NCBI GenBank assembly: GCA_950097015.1
Contig: CATNEN010000001.1
Location: 4,960,001 to 5,024,000 of the forward strand
Length of the DNA stretch: 64,000 nt
Direction: 5' to 3'
Source: Macrostomum hystrix
Lineage: Eukaryota; Animalia; Platyhelminthes
The translations under genes were made by a program, and so were the position numbers. Positions within the stretch are counted from its first letter, which is position 1. The number at the start of each line of letters is the position of its first letter. The notes beneath the pieces are model-generated. The model ran no database searches and was not told the origin of the DNA. It worked only from the letters and a program-made list of their open reading frames with translations. Shown one piece after another: positions 61,901 through 64,000 of the stretch.

Positions 61901-63146
61901 TGTCTGTCGTTGTGCCTGTCTTTGTGTCTGTCTTTGTGTCTGTCTTTGCGTTTATCTTTGCGTCTGTCTTTGTTGTCTGACTTTGTGTCTGTATATGTCT
62001 GTCTTTGTGCCTGTCTTTGTGCCTTTCTTGTATCTGTCTTTGTGTCTGTATGTGTCTATCTTTGTGCCTGTCTTTGAGTCTGTATGTGTCTGTCTTTGTG
62101 CCTGTCTTTGAGTCTGTATGTGTCTATCTTTGTGCCTGTCTTTGAGTCTGTATGTGTCTGTCTTTGTGTCTGTCTTTGTGTCTGTCCTTGTGTCTGTCTT
62201 TATGTCTGTCTTTGTGTCTGTCTTTGTGTCTGTATATGTCTGTCTTTGTGTCTGTCTTTGTGTCTATCTTTGTGTCTGTCATTGTGCCTGTCTTTGTGCC
62301 TGTCTTTCTGTCTGTCTTCGTGCCTTTCTTTGTGTCTGTTTTTCTGTCTGTTTTTGTGCCTGTCTTTGTTTCTCTCTTTGTCTCTGTCTTTGTGTCTGTC
62401 TTTGCGTTTATCTTTGTGTCTTTCTTTGTTGTCTGTCTTTGTGTCTTTCTTTGTTGTCTGTCTTTGTGTCTGTATATGTCTGTCTTTGTGCCTGTCTTTG
62501 TATCTGTCTTTGTGTCTGTATATGTCTGTCTTTGTGCCTGTCTTTGTGCCTTTCTTGTGTCTGTCTTTGTGTCTGTATGTGTCTATCTTTGTGCCTGTCT
62601 TTGAGTCTGTATGTGTCTGTCTTTGTGCCTGTCTTTGAGTCTGTATGTGTCTATCTTTGTGCCTGTCTTTGAGTCTGTATGTGTCTGTCTTTGTGCCTGT
62701 CTTTGAGTCTGTATGTGTCTGTCTTTGTGCCTGTCTTTGAGTCTGTATGTGTCTGTCTTTGTGCCTGTCTTTGAGTCTATCTTCGTGCCCACCTGTCTGA
62801 TTTAATCATTTCTTGTTCTTGTAGCATTTTTCAAGCACAGCAAGTGCTGTTAAAAACTGTCTTACCGCAGCAGAGAACGTCTTTGGTCTTCGACAGTACT
62901 CTTTTAGAATATCGTCATTATCAGCCGCAGAAACTTCTAAAGAGTAATAATTTGTCTTGTAAATTCTTCTCGGCATTCGCATTGAAAAGTCCCATGGATA
63001 TCTTGTGCCAGATGTATCGTTGATGAGAAATAACACACCTGTGTTGACGCCAAGACGCTTGTATTGCTCCATGCCAGTGAAAAAAAATACAATACGCCTG
63101 TTGTCCACCGCCGATTGAAAGCCGTAAATGTTAACCTCTCCGGCTC
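58921..63146 (-). CDS. 3' four exons of a second orphan single-pass membrane protein (5' end probably beyond the window)
   Basis: Exons 63146-62866, 60642-60561, 59717-59498 and 59089-58921; phases 0,1,2 are consistent. Cys-containing ectodomain, TM TLALLLLVSTAALFLAGWICVQII, tail ending NGIANGH*. Confidence 0.72.
59140..59482. repeat. C-rich intronic repeat (CCCCTATTTCCTTCCG), G-rich on the transcribed strand
   Basis: Repeated C-runs within intron 59497-59090. Confidence 0.88.
59750..60385. repeat. 24-bp minisatellite (GCTCCTGCTGCGATTCTAGTTATT), ~26 copies, intronic
   Basis: Direct periodicity. Confidence 0.97.
60744..62790. repeat. 12-bp satellite (GTCTGTCTTTGT) with higher-order blocks, ~2 kb, intronic
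   Basis: Direct periodicity; source of many spurious ORFs. Confidence 0.97.
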
Positions 63147-63239
63147 CTAGACAATGAAGTCCATAGTAAATAGGCTTTTAGCTTTAGTTCCTCAAAGCAA
63201 TTCTACCTACGATTCTTAGGGCCGACTATCGCTATCATG

Positions 63240-63966
63240 CTTCGTTCGATTCTAGCTTGTTTCTTCGTGCGATTCTAGCTTGGTTCTTCGTGCGATTCTA
63301 GCTTGTTTCTTCGTGCGATTCTAGCTTGTTTCTTCGTTCGATTCTAGCTTGTTTCTTCGTGCGATTCTAGCTTGTTTCTTCGTGCGATTCTAGCTTGTTT
63401 TTTCGTGCGATTCTAGCTTGTTTCTTCGTGCGATTCTAGCTTGTTTCTTCGTGCGATTCTAGCTTGTTTCTTCGTGCGATTCTAGCTTGTTTCTTCGTGC
63501 GATTCTAGCTTGGTTCTTCGTGCGATTCTAGCTTGTTTCTTCGTGCGATTCTAGCTTGTTTCTTCGTTCGATTCTAGCTTGTTTCTTCGTGCGATTCTAG
63601 CTTGGTTTTTCGTGCGATTCTAGCTTGTTTCTTCGTGCGATTCTAGCTTGTTTCTTCGTGCGATTCTAGCTTGTTTCTTCGTGCGATTCTAGCTTGGTTC
63701 TTCGTGCGATTCTAGCTTGTTTCTTCGTGCGATTCTAGCTTGTTTCTTCGTTCGATTCTAGCTTGTTTCTTCGTGCGATTCTAGCTTGTTTCTTCGTTCG
63801 ATTCTAGCTTGTTTCTTCGTGCGATTCTAGCTTGTTTCCTGTTGCGATTCTAGCTTGGTTCTTCGTGCGATTCTAGCTTGTTTCTTCGTGCGATTCTAGC
63901 TTTTTTTTCGTTCGATTCTACTATGATTCTTCGTGTGATTCTAGCTTGTTTTTTCGTGCGATTCTG
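63240..63966. repeat. 23-bp minisatellite (GCGATTCTAGCTTGTTTCTTCGT), ~31 copies
   Basis: Direct periodicity. Confidence 0.97.
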
Positions 63967-64000
63967 CCTATGCTTCTTGGTTCTATGATTGCTCTTGCTT

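Noticed and set aside
60620-62792. ORFs with LSLC/VSVF/KDRH/TDTK repeats
   Set aside because: Translations of the 12-bp satellite.

Overview
Eukaryotic (invertebrate animal) genomic DNA, about 40% GC by eye, with GT-AG introns, many minisatellites and many DNA transposon and SINE remnants. The style fits a free-living flatworm-like or other spiralian genome, but that is inference only. Genes reconstructed by hand: an intronless OATP/SLCO transporter (-); a 3-exon RFamide neuropeptide precursor that the ORF track misses (+; predicted mature peptide NELPPISTLRF-amide); a GC-rich intronless triple-LCCL protein (-; possible bacterial origin); a 3-exon mitochondrial-type selenoprotein thioredoxin reductase (-; ends GC-Sec-G, with a form-II SECIS about 760 nt downstream, beyond a 15x28-bp array); a 5-exon C2H2 zinc-finger gene (-); a co-oriented + strand run of calumenin/reticulocalbin, FAM50/XAP5, EXD2 and RMI2; and two apparently paralogous orphan type-I membrane protein genes (-). 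Mobile DNA: P/THAP and Crypton remnants, a PIF/Harbinger element with ~289-bp TIRs, a FLYWCH-MULE, a deleted mariner, a Tc1/IS630-like element carrying a nested hAT-type MITE, and two tRNA-derived SINE families (one with a CORE-like domain). No CRISPR array, rRNA or functional tRNA gene was seen. Most long low-complexity ORFs in the track are satellite artefacts. All gene models and family assignments come from reading motifs; none were confirmed by a database search.
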